This document shows positions 1-12,400 of a DNA stretch of 64,000 nt, piece after piece. The notes under the pieces were generated by a model. That model was not told the origin of the DNA. It saw nothing but the letters and a program-made list of their open reading frames with translations, and made no database searches. Source of the DNA: Bugula neritina (Eukaryota > Animalia > Bryozoa); contig OZ037773.1 of the NCBI GenBank assembly GCA_964035545.1, positions 897,751 through 961,750 on the forward strand, given 5' to 3'. Made by a program: the position numbers and the translations under genes. Each line of letters opens with the position of its first letter. Position 1 is the first letter of the stretch.

Positions 1-859
1 ATGTGGATGGTCAACTACCGTAGGCGTCGAGGACATGCGGCTAAGCTCCAGCCTAAGTTCGTGGGATACTACGTGGTAGTTGAGGCGATACCCAATCATA
101 CATACAAGTTGGAGCGTTCTGGACGGGTCTCTGTCCAGAATGAAGCCCGCTTGAAATCGTATTGGTCTAGCCCAGGAGCAGCAGGAGAAGCCCCCCCCAT
201 TGTTGGAGCCCAGGAGGCAGACAGCAACGCGCGGGCGGCAACGGCATGGACCAGAATACGAAGTGGTTGTGCCGCGGGAAGAGGACTTGGTAAGGCAGGA
301 AAGGCCACTTTCATCAACGGAAGTGCGCCCACCGCCCCCAATACCAAGTCTACCCCCACCACTTCCGAATCCGCATCCGGAAGTGCAAAACCCCCCCGTG
401 GAAGGGGCTCCATCCGGAGACAATGTCGAGGAAGAAAATACCATCACCAACGACGGGCCAGAAACACCACAGGTGGAGCAAAATAGCCCACTAGTGAGTA
501 CACCGCCCCGGCCAACAACCACACCATCCTCCCCAGCTAGTACGTCACCTCCCCTGGAATGGGGACAGCGTACTAGACAACCCTCAGCATACTTGAAAGC
601 CTTCGTTTGTGACCGCGTTACAAACGGCAGTTACGAAAGTCTAGCTGGGCACTGTACGGAAAGACTGGCAGCAAAACGTGGGAGTTGTGAAGACCACGGG
701 AATACTAACTTTTGCGAAGGCGGAGTAGTAGACAAAACTACTACGCTCGAGGCAAATAGTTCCAGCCGTGCGCAGCAAACACGCTGCCCAGCCTTTTCCT
801 ACGCTGACATCGCCAAGGGCAGACGTATCCAAATCCAATCCACTAACATTCAAGCTTGA
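1..859 (+). pseudogene. pol: pol C-terminus of A (integrase GPY/F-SH3 region plus low-complexity tail), frameshift near 190-200
   Basis: ORFs 1-486 and 200-859 join to match the end of pol in D and E (...EAPPLLEPRRQT...FVCDR...FSYAD). Confidence 0.88.
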
Positions 860-868
860 ACGCTGAGT

Positions 869-2012
869 ATGATTTCAAATGCCGGGTTCCTAGGTGAGCT
901 TGCTCTGACCTAACATTCTCACTCATGGAATCAGGTCTAACATCAGTTAGTTCTAATTTAATCGTCCTGATTGAATCACAACTACTGGAGACTGAGTCTT
1001 ACGTGAAAGACGACGAGAACATAACAATGGCCGACGATCTACTAGATCTCGAGCTTGACACTATGTCTCTCAATCAGTCTACACGCCACGACACAGTCCT
1101 TCGAGTGCCGTCTAAAAAGATGTATGACTCTCAGACTAGGAACAGTTGGTTGTCATCAGAATTATGCTGTAAAGATCACACTCGATCTAACAATAATTCT
1201 GCTCTTTTAGATACCACTCGCTCTTCTCTCTCTCAGGACATGCCGCCATCAGAGATGGCTTGGGATGAGGAATCTACCCCCGTCCTGCTGCCGGAAGTAC
1301 TCCTAACTCAATCATGCTGGATTACCAAGGATACCGAGGCACTCATTCAGGAGAATAAAGGCAATGACCAATGCACCACCTGCCGTCTGTGTCAGCTTCA
1401 TTTCACCACACCTCGCAGACTCCGAGTCCACATCCCCCAACATTATGTCACCACCTTTTGTCCCTGTGGTGAATACAGTTACCACAGGGACTACATCCTC
1501 TGTCATCAGCGGACCATGGGATGCCATGTTGAACATCTCTACGAAGTCGACAAACCCTCTTTTCCTCATTTCCTCGATCTCATCCGGCCAATTATCTCAG
1601 ACCCGACTCGCTATGAACGGCTGCGCCAAGAGTTCCCCGCACCCCGTATCATTACACAAGGACCTTGCCCCAAGCCCCCGGAGTTCAAGACATCCCGAAC
1701 GCCCCGTCCATCACCCCCGCTCACACAGTTCCCTGTCCCAACTCCATACCCAGAGTCGTGCTACAACGCATAAAAGTGCTCCAACGATGGCGTCACTCCC
1801 CTCCCGTTTCCCCACGACCCTCATGTAAACGACGCTGGCCATCTTCATCCCCCAGTCGCCACTCTGCCCCCGCCCGGAACCTGAAGGAAACAGAAGACCG
1901 AATACATGAATTGGAGAGAGAAGTCCAAAGGTTGGCGCCTAGGATATCTGCCACCGCCTCCGAACTCCGGGCTCTCAGCGACTCTGTGGCCCGACTGAAG
2001 AGGAGTGCCTAA
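869..2012 (+). CDS. ORF3 of A: spliced zinc-finger / PxVxL / coiled-coil accessory protein (mini-exon 869-893, intron 894-1210, exon 1211-2012 with one decay frameshift)
   Basis: ATG at 869; CTAG|GTGAG donor; CTAAC..CTCTTTTAG acceptor; CRLC-x12-H-IPQ-H and CPC-x12-H-x5-C; PRVVL at 1749-1763; C-terminal helix LKETEDRIHELEREVQRL. Confidence 0.75.
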
Positions 2013-2355
2013 CCCCCCCTATCTCTACTTGCCCCATTCCCCACTATGCCGCAGGTGGTGTCTCCCTTACAGTCCTCTACCTCGTGCCCGGTGCCATAAC
2101 AAATCTCCTAATGTGACAATCTGATAGCTAGTCTACAAGTATATATTTTTTAGTCATATGGGCCGTCGGCCTATAAGTGCCTCTTCCCGTCAGTAACATG
2201 GTGTCGTTTTCATACTGTTTTATATTTTTTTTTGTATTTGTGTTTTTTTATGTACGTACCATACGCGCTCTCTCTCTCTATTTTATTTGTTTAATATTGT
2301 ATTTTTTAATTGTATCAGTGTTATCAAGAAGGTAGGCTTCCTGCTGGGGGGGCGG

Positions 2356-2641
2356 TGTAGTGGAGCACGCAATACGCACATCCGCGTGTTCCCTAGCCAA
2401 TTAGAGATGCGTCAGGTGACAACCCCCAGCAATGCGTAACGAGAGAGTAGTCAGTAGAGAGAGCGTACTAGCAATCAGAAAGATGTAATACTATAATCCG
2501 TGTGCTTTCTTATATCATTTTACTAGTATGTAATTATAAATGAATCTCTTCTAATCTTATCACAAGCCCTATATTGCTGCAGATAACCAAGTCATAGTTA
2601 CAAGCTAGGAACCACGCATTAGTATTGTGTAAATCACAACA
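2356..2641 (+). repeat. 3' LTR of A (286 bp)
   Basis: Follows the PPT, has TG...CA ends and a CCAAT box; the right boundary is fixed by the empty site in the duplicated copy. Confidence 0.85.
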
Positions 2642-2900
2642 CAATTGCTGTGGTATAGATATTACTCAAAACTCAAAGGCAGGCTAGTTGAACAGTATAA
2701 GCCAAGTAGATAATCGATGATGGTAGGCAATTGAATATTGTTTGTTTTCAACAGTTAGTCATTCTTCAATTGTTACTGAGGTGTTATATATTGTGGTGAT
2801 TTATGGTATATCGGAAAGGCAACTCTTATAATTACTTTGCTACTCTTATGTGCATCGTCTAGGATACGCTAAGCTACACTCGGCCTAGTACTGCCTACAT

Positions 2901-5900
2901 TGTTATGCTACCTCTTTGAACAATGAATGGGATCAACCAATTAGAAAGGAACTAATGATTATACGATTATTAGCAACTTGCATCAGCAGCTGCAGCTAAT
3001 GCTTTGGGATGGAGGTAATGATGTAAGATCACTAGCAGTGGCATCAGCAGTTAGATAGTAGCGCTTGGTCAGTTAGGTTGCATGATTAGCATTTGCCACA
3101 GTATGTAATTCTTCACAGTTATGTATTGTATTCCACTCATGTATAATTCGTATTGAAAAGACGCTATCAACACTTGACGTCGGCAGTTATCAGCTTTAGT
3201 CTTAAATACCCACAGAATTAGTGATTAGCAAAAATTTAGAACAGCAGTGGCACGGTGGAAACTTTGGAAGGCTAATGCAACTGGTCAAAGAGTAAGAGTA
3301 TGGCCAGTGACGATGAAGGAGACATCATCTGTCTAGAGCAGATCGAACCGGCAGCTGTAGAGGATGTCATAGGTGGCCAGCGCCGTCTATGACCAGGAAT
3401 CATTTGCGGGCTTTTACCGTCTGCGAAGATGTGGAGCAGTTTGTTGCTGAGTTTAGCAATGTGGCAGCCAGCTGCCGTTAAGCCCGACGAGATCGGCCAG
3501 AATGGCGACAACATCTTTGAGGCGTTGAGCCTGATTTGGTCTCACCACTTGAGATGCGCGTGTACAACTCCAAGGGCTTAGAGGAGATCTCAAAACTCCC
3601 TTGCATGAGCACGCAACCAAAGTGGAATAGCTGGCGCAGAAGCTTGCCGGCAGAAAATTGGAGGAGTTCGGCACTAGAAGCGTTCTCCAGTCGGTCAACA
3701 ACGTCGGCTTGAAAAGGCACTTGCCGGTAGCCAAAGCTGATACGATGAAGTAAGCGCTTTGGCTTGGGAATGCCTATTTCCAAGCCGCCAGCGCATGCCG
3801 CACTGGTGTGCATGCGCGGAAAGTAAAAGTCAACGATGGGTTATTGCCGTTGTCAGCTGCTGCGGCAGCCCACGTAGCCACGACAGCAGCTGGAAAAACC
3901 GGCTTAACCGCGAGCCTGGTCCAAGAGCTGTTCGCCAAAATCTGGCGTCGGCTCCAACAACCGTCAGCTGAGCGGCATGCTAGGCCGCCGACAGCTGCCA
4001 CCAGCAAACGCGTCCCTGTTTGTTGGGGTTGTGGTAGTAGAAGACATCTTTTGATGAGCTGTCCCCACTGTGGAAGAAAGCAGTTAAACCCAGATGGTCC
4101 ACTCTGGATTCCGCCAACCTTGGGCGTCGATTTAACCCTTCAGGACCAAGGCCAAGGCCCAACCCTATAGGGCGAGGAAGCCGCCTTCAAGGGAATGGCA
4201 AGCCCCAAGGAGTCAGCAGACGGCAAGGTATGCTGAAACCTCCAGCTTTGTCACTCAAAAGTTGGTTTGAGGGATTGCAGGAGGAAGAAGTATACGAGGA
4301 GTGGGAGCAGGAACGAGATTTCACTCGGCCTGCCACAAGACCTCGGAAACCCCTTCGCAATCGGAAAGCACAGGCGCATCCCAAACTAAATGCACATGAG
4401 GTTTAGCCTCCGAAGATGAGCTGCTCAGTGAGCGCTCAGCCATGTGGAAGCAGTTATTTCGTGCCCGGCAAACGTGCCGGCGAAGCTGAAACATTCCTGT
4501 TGGACACTGGGTATACCACTAATCTCCTGAGCCGGAAATGTTTGGACACACTCAATCCAAGAGACAGGGTTGACCTGGAGCCATATGAAGGGAACACCAC
4601 GTGTGGGCGGACGGGTTGTGTATTCTATTCTCTGGCAAGAGAGAGCTGACAGGCCGAGTCTGTGATCAGGTGATCAGCGAGACCTTCATCGTCAGTCAGC
4701 TGATGTCATCGTCATCTCTCCCACATTTGACACTAATGTGAGTCAGCTTAGAGAGGTGTGCGACAAGCTCGGGGTTGCCAGTCTAAAGCTCAAGCCCTTT
4801 AAGTGTGCATTGTTGCAGCAAGAGGTTAACTACCTAGATCATGTAGTTGGCCGGGGCAAGGTCGCTACAGACCCTGAGAAGGTCTGAGCTGTGAAAGACT
4901 AGGTTGTCCTTCTGAACCTCACTAAATTTCAAGCATTCTTGGGGTTGATAACGTACAACAGGAAGTGCATACCCGACTTTACAGAAATTGCTCAGCCGTT
5001 GAATCGGCTGACAGCAAAGCAGCTTCGCTGGCAGTGGACGTATGCAGAGCAGCAGGCATTAGAGCACCTCAAGAATTGCTGGATGGTGGCACCTATCTTG
5101 GCTAACGAGGTTTTGTGTGAGCAGCAATGGCGGTATCCTTCTTTGTATAAGGAAGGGGACTGGGTCTGGATAATCAGTCACTACCAGCGGTGTGGACAGG
5201 CGGCTAAGTTACTACCAAAGTTCGTGGGTCGCAATTGCATGACTGAGGTCATGCTCAATCACACGTATAAAGCGAATCGATTGGGTCAAGTGTCGATCCG
5301 GAACAAGGCTCGCCTGTAGCCATATTGGGTGAGACCTAATGCAGCAGGGCAGAATCCTCCACTCCTAAAACCTACGTGCCATCTGACCACGAGGGGATAG
5401 GCTAGACCAGACAGGACATTAAAAGTTATGGTGCAGAATCCGGAAGAGGCGACCGAAGAGCCGGCAGACCGGCTACAACATTAGTAGAGCCGGCCGACGC
5501 ACCTGTGGTCTCATATAAAATTGATACTCCTCAAATTGATGACGATAACAGAACTGGCAAGAAACCACCCGTACCGGTAAACCCTCTGCTGCGAAAAACC
5601 TCAGTACCGTTAGAACGTAATTAGTGTACTGGGGCTCCTCCATCTTATCTTCAATACTTCCTTCATGATTTGATTGACATGTATAATATATTATATATCG
5701 TCAGTTAGTACAAAAAAAGTCTGGGGGCAGTAATTGAGCATTGTTTTCCCCAGTGGTGTATGCACTAATTTAGCTGGGGTGCTCAGCAGAGGCAAAGCCA
5801 ACTCACAGGCTGAAGGAGGTGTTATGTAATCACTCTTGCTCTGTTGAGTACCCTTTTCAATTGTAACTGTTGAAGTGACAGCACGTCTTCGTGACCATTG

Positions 5901-6880
5901 GCAGCTACGAGCTTTAAACAGACAGTATGACTGACACTGTGACTTATTTGGAGGGTAAGTCCATTAAGGAAATTCTGTTATTTAGTTAGAATTTAGCCTA
6001 GTAGCCGAATTCAGTCTCACTTCAGCATAATGATCAAGTTGGTCTCCTGGCGACTTGGAGTTGACTGATCACTGAGATGGTTTATGGATACCAGGAGATT
6101 CTTGACTATCCAACTCAGTCGAAGTGTGGTACTGACAAGATGAAGCCTCCTACAAGAAAGTGTGTGATTTAGTACCGCTTACAGTTGAATCCATGTACTC
6201 TGTTGCAGGTGAGGCTCCGCCTGCATCCCCCGGGTTGCAGGCTTTGCTAGATGCCCGACCCCAAACTGGGAAATGCATTTTTTTCCACCATGAAGCAGGA
6301 GAGCGTGCACGTGCTACAGCATTTCACAGTGACCTTGTGCCCCTGTAGCGTCCACAATTTTTATAGACGCTATCCTCTGTCATCAAAGGAATCAGCAGTG
6401 CCATGTCGGCCACTTAGTGGAGGTAGATCAAGACTCCTATGCGCAATTCCAAGACTTGATTCTCCTCATGTATCCTCCCCATTGAGACGTGAGTCATTGC
6501 TGCAGGGGTTTCACAGTTCCTGGCCAGTGATACCAAGTGACTCAGATGCCACTGGTTCCAACTATGACCCTGTAGTCTATGTGTTTGATGAAGTACAGAC
6601 GTGTTCTCTTTGCGTGATGGTAACCCGTGCTGGTCGGTCAGCAGAAGAGTCTACTCAGCCACTTCCCTCTCAGTCCTCCCATACCCTTGCATTGCTCCGG
6701 AAGAGAAGGGAGAAATCAAAAACTACGACAGTCCCTAATGACACAATAGATGCTGAGATATGTACTAACTTAGAGAAACTACAACGATGCTGCACACAAC
6801 TGTGTAAGGAGCAGTGAAGGACAGCATCGAAACTAGCTAGGTTGCAGAAGCTCTGCAACAGATGGACTGCTAACTGAACA
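2901..6880 (+). mobile_element. Old, internally deleted Gypsy element C (5' LTR ~2901-3242, degenerate PBS, gag with CCHC knuckle, PR/RT/IN fragments, ORF3 remnant; no 3' LTR seen)
   Basis: CWGCGSRRHLLMSC zinc knuckle, FLLDTG protease motif, IPDFTEIAQPLNRLT, KLLPKFVG, HVLQHFTVTLCPC. Many stops and frameshifts. Boundaries approximate. Confidence 0.82.
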
Positions 6881-7761
6881 AAACGTACCTTAGCCTATAC
6901 AAAAAGTGATGAATAACTATTTCTTGCTACTATTCCCAGCAAAGACTGCTAGTGATGCTAAGAAAGGTATCCAGTCACAATTGCCATTTAGCAACACGAC
7001 GCAAGAAAACGAGTCCAATTAGCCTGTTTAAACGCCCTTCACTTTACACAGTGGCAGTTTGTGTTTGCTGCAACTACATTTAATACAATATATGACTCCG
7101 TTTCTTAGTACCGAATACGTATCATAATAATCTATTATAATTCTAGCAATGGATAACAAAAGCATACCTTTTGATTATCCAATCACTCCTGAGACTACTA
7201 CTGCAACTATCACAGCAATGAAAGTAGAAAGTATGCCACCTATCAGACCTCCCTTGTTCACAGCAGTTGAAGTGGGGGTTGTAGGGGGTATGGTGGCAGT
7301 ATCCTTCCACATTATTTCCCATTTGATAGTCACTGTCTTTGCTGAAACCGATTTAAAGACATTTTGAAGAAAAAATAAGTTTAAACTTAAAAAACATCTA
7401 CCACTAACATTAGCAAATTAGAAAAAACATTTACAATTGTCATTCATTTATATAAGTGCTAATTCTTACATAAGCCATTTTCAGCGGTACATTCAGCTGT
7501 TTCTGTTACACCGTTTGTCTGAGGAACTAGAGTCAGCTCATTGGATGATTCAGTTGTCACAACTCTATTATATGTCCAAGTGAACGTAGAGGGCGGTGGG
7601 TTGGCATCCACATGTTGGCTACAATCTAGTCTAGCATCAGAATGTCCAGGATTGAGTTCTTTCACAATTGGATCTGGATCATCAGCCTTTCTATCCAAGT
7701 CTACAAAAATGAAATTCATAGCACAGGGCTGTCTAACAGGAGGCCCCAGGACCGGATGTGG

Positions 7762-8066
7762 TGTTGTATTTTTCAGAATTAGGGTTGATGTGTAACCAAG
7801 AGAGTCTATTTGTTGCTAGAGACTTCACCAGGATTAGTCGGGTTGATATCGTTGTATTTTAACACAAGAATACATAATAAAAAGGATATAAAAACTGGTA
7901 ACAAATCACACGTCTATTTAATTTACTGCACTATCCTCAACTGACTAGTAGCGCGAAGCTAACTACTGCTACTCACTAGCAGCTTCGCTAATTGGCTGAG
8001 TACATTGTTCCGGGTCAATACGCGACCCTGCGTATTGTGCTGTTGGTAGCTCCACGAGCCACCACA
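7762..8066 (-). repeat. 3' LTR of B
   Basis: Direct repeat of 14889-15194; the PPT is adjacent at 8067-8080. Confidence 0.95.
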
Positions 8067-8344
8067 CCGCCCCCACCAGCAGAAAGCCCTCTTTCTGATA
8101 TAAAAATAATTTACAAGTAACTACGTACATCAGTGGACTAAACGGAAGCAAACATATAAAATGTATATACAAGATCCAAATTAGTTAGATACATATATAT
8201 AGATATAAAAAGAATACACAATAAACTAACATTAAGTAATTAGTAAGTCTTATTTACATATAGAGTACGTGCCACAGTCACGGCAGGGAAGGCCACAGAG
8301 AGGTAGTAGAGGAGTGAGGTGGAAGGCTGGGGAAGGAGCTCATA

Positions 8345-9469
8345 TTAATCCTGGGCTGCTCGTTTCATACGTTTGATAGACTCTTGTAGCGACCGGAGCT
8401 CACTGGATGCGGCATAAATGCGGGGGGCCAGTCTGTAAACCTCTTGTTCCAGCTCATTTGTCCTGGTCTCTACTTCTCGTAGGTTTTGGGCCAGAGGGGA
8501 TGAGCGGGAGAAAGTCTGCTGCTGCCGGTGTCTTTTTTCGTTCTGCGGACGGAAGTGGGAGAGGAAGTGTGTACGTCTTCGTGTCTACCCTCTGTAGTAC
8601 GACACGGGGGAGTGTATGTGGTCGACGTATGGGACTGAGAGGTGGGGAATTAGATGACTTCGTAGGTTTATCTACGGGTTCCGAGATGATGGGTTTAGGG
8701 GAGGGAAAGCCTTGCTCCAGGCGAGATAGCCGAGCTGGGTCGGTGATGAGAGGTCTGATAGCTTCGAGGAATGCTGAGTAAGATGATTTATCCACATCGT
8801 ATACGTGTCCCTGAAAGCAATGCATGGTGCGTTGATGACGCAGTAGATAGTCTCGGTTATAACTATATTCCCCGCAGGGGCAGAACGTTGTGATAAAATG
8901 CTGCGGCAAGTGGACTCCTAATCTACGACGAGTTGTAAACCGCCGTTGGCATTCACGGTTATTGTCATCCCCTCTATATTTCTTAATTTCTGTCTCTGTG
9001 GCAGGGGTAGTCCAGTTGGAGGTTGCTTCTAGCTGGTGTGGCAGCTGTCTGGTTGTGGAAGTTGCTGGGACCGGCTCTGGGTCCCACGCCATCTCTAGAG
9101 AAGGCATGCCCGGGGAGACAGGCGCGAGTGTGTCTACAAAAGTAGAATTATTGTCAGATCGTGGCGGACCTTTACAACATAATTCTAGTGACTGTCGACT
9201 GTTACTAGTCTGAGAGTCACAACTTTTTGAATGCACTCGAGAGACCAGTGAATCATGTGTGGACTGACCAAGAACAGTGTCTAGCTCCAGGTCTAACAGA
9301 CCGTCGGCCATTACAGCGTCCTCGTCGTCATTCACGTGAAACGTGGTCCCTAGTAATTCTGATTCAATCTGATGAATTAGCTCAGAATTTACCGGCATCG
9401 AGCCTGGTTCCATGGATAGGAATACAAGATTTATACTGGCTTACCTGTGAACTCGGTATTAGTGTCCAT
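8345..9469 (-). CDS. ORF3 of B (mini-exon 9469-9445, intron 9444-9134). A 9-nt deletion damages finger 1, and there is a frameshift before the coiled coil
   Basis: ACAG|GTAAG donor; CTGAC..TTTTGTAG acceptor; HLPQH..FCPCGEYSY..H..C; PRVVL at 8595-8609; ELEQEVYRLAPRIYAASSELRSLQESIKRMKR. Confidence 0.78.
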
Positions 9470-12400
9470 ACTCAATGTTCTTGGTAAGGTTGGAGCTAAT
9501 TGTAAAGTACTTCTGCCCTTGGCGATGTCAGCGTAAGAAAAGGCTGGGCATCGTTTCTGAGGCACGAGGTCGGAATTATTTGTTTTATGCGCATTAATTC
9601 CTCCCACTACTCCGCCCTCGCAAAAGTTGATATTTGCGTGGGGTTCACAACTCCAACATTTCTCCGTACGGGTTTCCCCTAGACTTCCATGGGTGCCGCT
9701 TCTAATGCAGTCACATACGAAGTCTTTTAAATATGGTGGGGGTCTCCTCGTACGCTGTCCCCGTTCTAGGGGGGTGACACGCTCGCCGGTTCATTAGCAG
9801 GGGCCTCTAATGGCAATTCTACTTCACCGTTAACGGTCACTTCTTCCTGTTCTCCGGATGGAGCCCCTCCCTCCGTGGGGGTTTGCACTTCCGGAACCGG
9901 CTCGGTTTCTGGAAGTGATGGAATCAGACTTGGCGGCGGCGGACGCGCCTCTGTTGGCAAAAGCTGTCGCTCTTCTTTCACCAAGTCTTCTTCCCGCGGT
10001 ATGACCACTTCATATTCAGGTCCATGCCGCCGTCGCCCACGCGTTGTTGTCTGCCTTCTAGGCTCTAACAACGGGGGGCTTCTCCCACTGCGTCGGGGCT
10101 AGCCCAATACGGTTTCAAGCGAGACTCATTCTGGATAGACACCTGTCCTGAGCGTTCAATCTTGTACGTATGATTGGGCATAGCCTCGACGATCACGTAG
10201 GGTCCCACGAACTTAGGCTGTAACTTAGCTGCCTGTCCGCGACGCCTACGGTAATTGACCATCCACACCTAATCCCCCGTCTGATAGAGGGGTGGTTCCT
10301 CGGAATCTTCATGTAGCACCTTCCACTGCTGTTCGCGCAGTATTTCGTGTGCGGCCTTCATCCGTTCCACTAGTTCACTGGCATGCGCATGAACCGAGTT
10401 GTCTTGCTCTGGAACGTGGTAGGTGAGATGGTCAAGGACACGAGTCTCTTTCCCGAGCATCAAGAGGTTTGGGGTTTCACAAGTACTGATGTGTGGGGTG
10501 CTACGGTATGCACGCATGACTTGCGGCAACACCGTGTATCATTCCTCCAGACCGCGTCCAAGGAGGAGGCTCCGGAGCGCATCACCTAGCATCCGGTTGT
10601 TGCGCTCCACCACCCCGTTACCTTGAGGGTGGTAGGGGGTGGTCCGGCTCTGATTTACTCCCCAGAGGCAGCAAAGGTCGCTCATCAGTTGAGACTGGAA
10701 TTGAGCGCCTTGATCAGAGTGTATCTGTTCGGGGAGACCGAAATAACAGAATACATGTTGGTCTAGCACCCGGGCCACGGTTGGAACCGACGCATCTGGG
10801 ATGGTCAGAGCGTCCGCCCACCTCATGAAGTGGTCGGTCAATACTAAGATCCAACTATTGCCTCTGGGGGTTGGAGGCATAGATCCGACCAGGTCTACAG
10901 CGACTACTTGCCAAGGCCTTCCAGCATATAGCCTCCGCCGTCCCGCTTCGCCAGGAAGACGGCCATGCTTACTGGCCTGGCAGATTTCACTCTGAGTCGG
11001 ACGTCCCGCTCCATCTGGGGCCAATACCACCGGAGTCGTAGTTTGGAGATCACTCTCTTGACTCCTGCGTGAGCCTGTTTGTGAGCGTCCCAAATCAGCT
11101 CACGGTGGATGGCAGTGGGGCAGACCACCCTCTTCCTCTCTGGGTGTCTGCCGCTGGCAGCTAAAGAAATGGTCAGTAGACCATCCTGCCCGATCCGCAG
11201 CGAGTCCCAACGCTGGCAGTATAGCTGGAACTCGGCGCATCCCTGCCGTATGCGTTCCTCGCTGAGTCGTCGCCCTTCCTTTTTGGCCCGATATATGTCC
11301 GCTACTACCCCAGGCAGCTCTCCTTGGAGCTTCTTCAGCTCCCGGACATCATCGGCCAGTACAGGATTGGCGCGGAAGTTTTGTACAACCTCCGGGGACT
11401 CGTCAACTTTCTGCCTGAGTTGACCCTGGTCCCAATCAAATTGTGCTCGGTGGTGAGCCAGTGTCTAATTCACATCGCGGGGAACCTCCGTCCCTCCTCT
11501 CGATATTGAGACACTGTTTGCAACCATCAGGTCGGCGGCTCAGCCCATCCGCATTGCTGTGTCTCTTGCCCGGTCGATGTTCGATCCGGTACGAGAACTC
11601 AGCTAGGATTTAGAGCCACCGGGCGACCTGACTGGAGGGTTTGGCCCTCTTGCACAACCAGATCAGCAAGGCATGATCCGTACGCAGCCGGAACTTCCTG
11701 CTGTATAGGTATGGTCTGAAGTGCTTCACTGACTTGATTACTGCCAGCAGCTCCTTGTGGGTAGTGCAGTAATTTCGTTCAGTGGGTGAGAGAGACTTGC
11801 TGTAGTAGGCTACTACTACTTCTCGGCCTTCCTGCACTTGAGACAGCACAGCGCCAACATTCTGGTCACTGGCGTCAGTGTCGAGGATGTACTCCAGAGC
11901 GGGGTCTGGGTAGGCCAAGATGGGTGCCGTCAGTAGGCAACCCTTGAGGCGATCGAACACTTCTTGTTCGACCGGGGTCCACTGCCCTGTCACCCCCTTT
12001 GCGGTGAGCCGGTTTAACGGCTGGGCTATGCCCGCAAAGTCTGGTATGTATTGTCTGTAATACCCTACCAGCCCCAAGAAAGCCCGGAGTCCGGTCAAGT
12101 CTTGGGGGGTGACCCAGTCTTCTATCGCCCGTACCTTTTTGGGATCCGTTGCCACACCGTTTCGACCGACAACGTGCCCCAGGTACTTGACCTCCGGCTG
12201 CAATAGAGCGCACTTGGAAGGTTTGAGCTTAAGACCGGCACCTCGGAGTCTCTCGAAGACCTCCCGCAGATGACTGACATGTGTCTCGAAGTCTGGGAAG
12301 ATCACGATGACATCATCGAGGTAGATCAGCAGTGTCTTCTAATGGAGCCCGCTGAGGACTTGCTCCATCAGCCTCTGGAAGGTGGCTGGGGCGGAAGTTA

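Larger units (their letters stand above)
1..2641 (+). mobile_element. Ty3/Gypsy LTR retrotransposon A, 3' part (runs off the window start)
   Basis: Integrase C-terminus (KLQPKFVGYY..HTYKL), Pro-rich tail, ORF3, PPT (ctgctggggggggcgg-like), then LTR 2356-2641 (TGT...ACA). The sequence after 2641 (caattgctgtggtatag) matches an empty site at 51527. Confidence 0.93.

Noticed and set aside
925-1773. ORF3 as an env gene
   Set aside because: No signal peptide, fusion peptide or TM helix; zinc-finger motifs instead.
7149-7367. Plus-strand ORFs over the host exons (7149-7367, 7541-7795, 57318-57536, 57710-57964)
   Set aside because: Antisense shadows of minus-strand exons that have proper splice sites.
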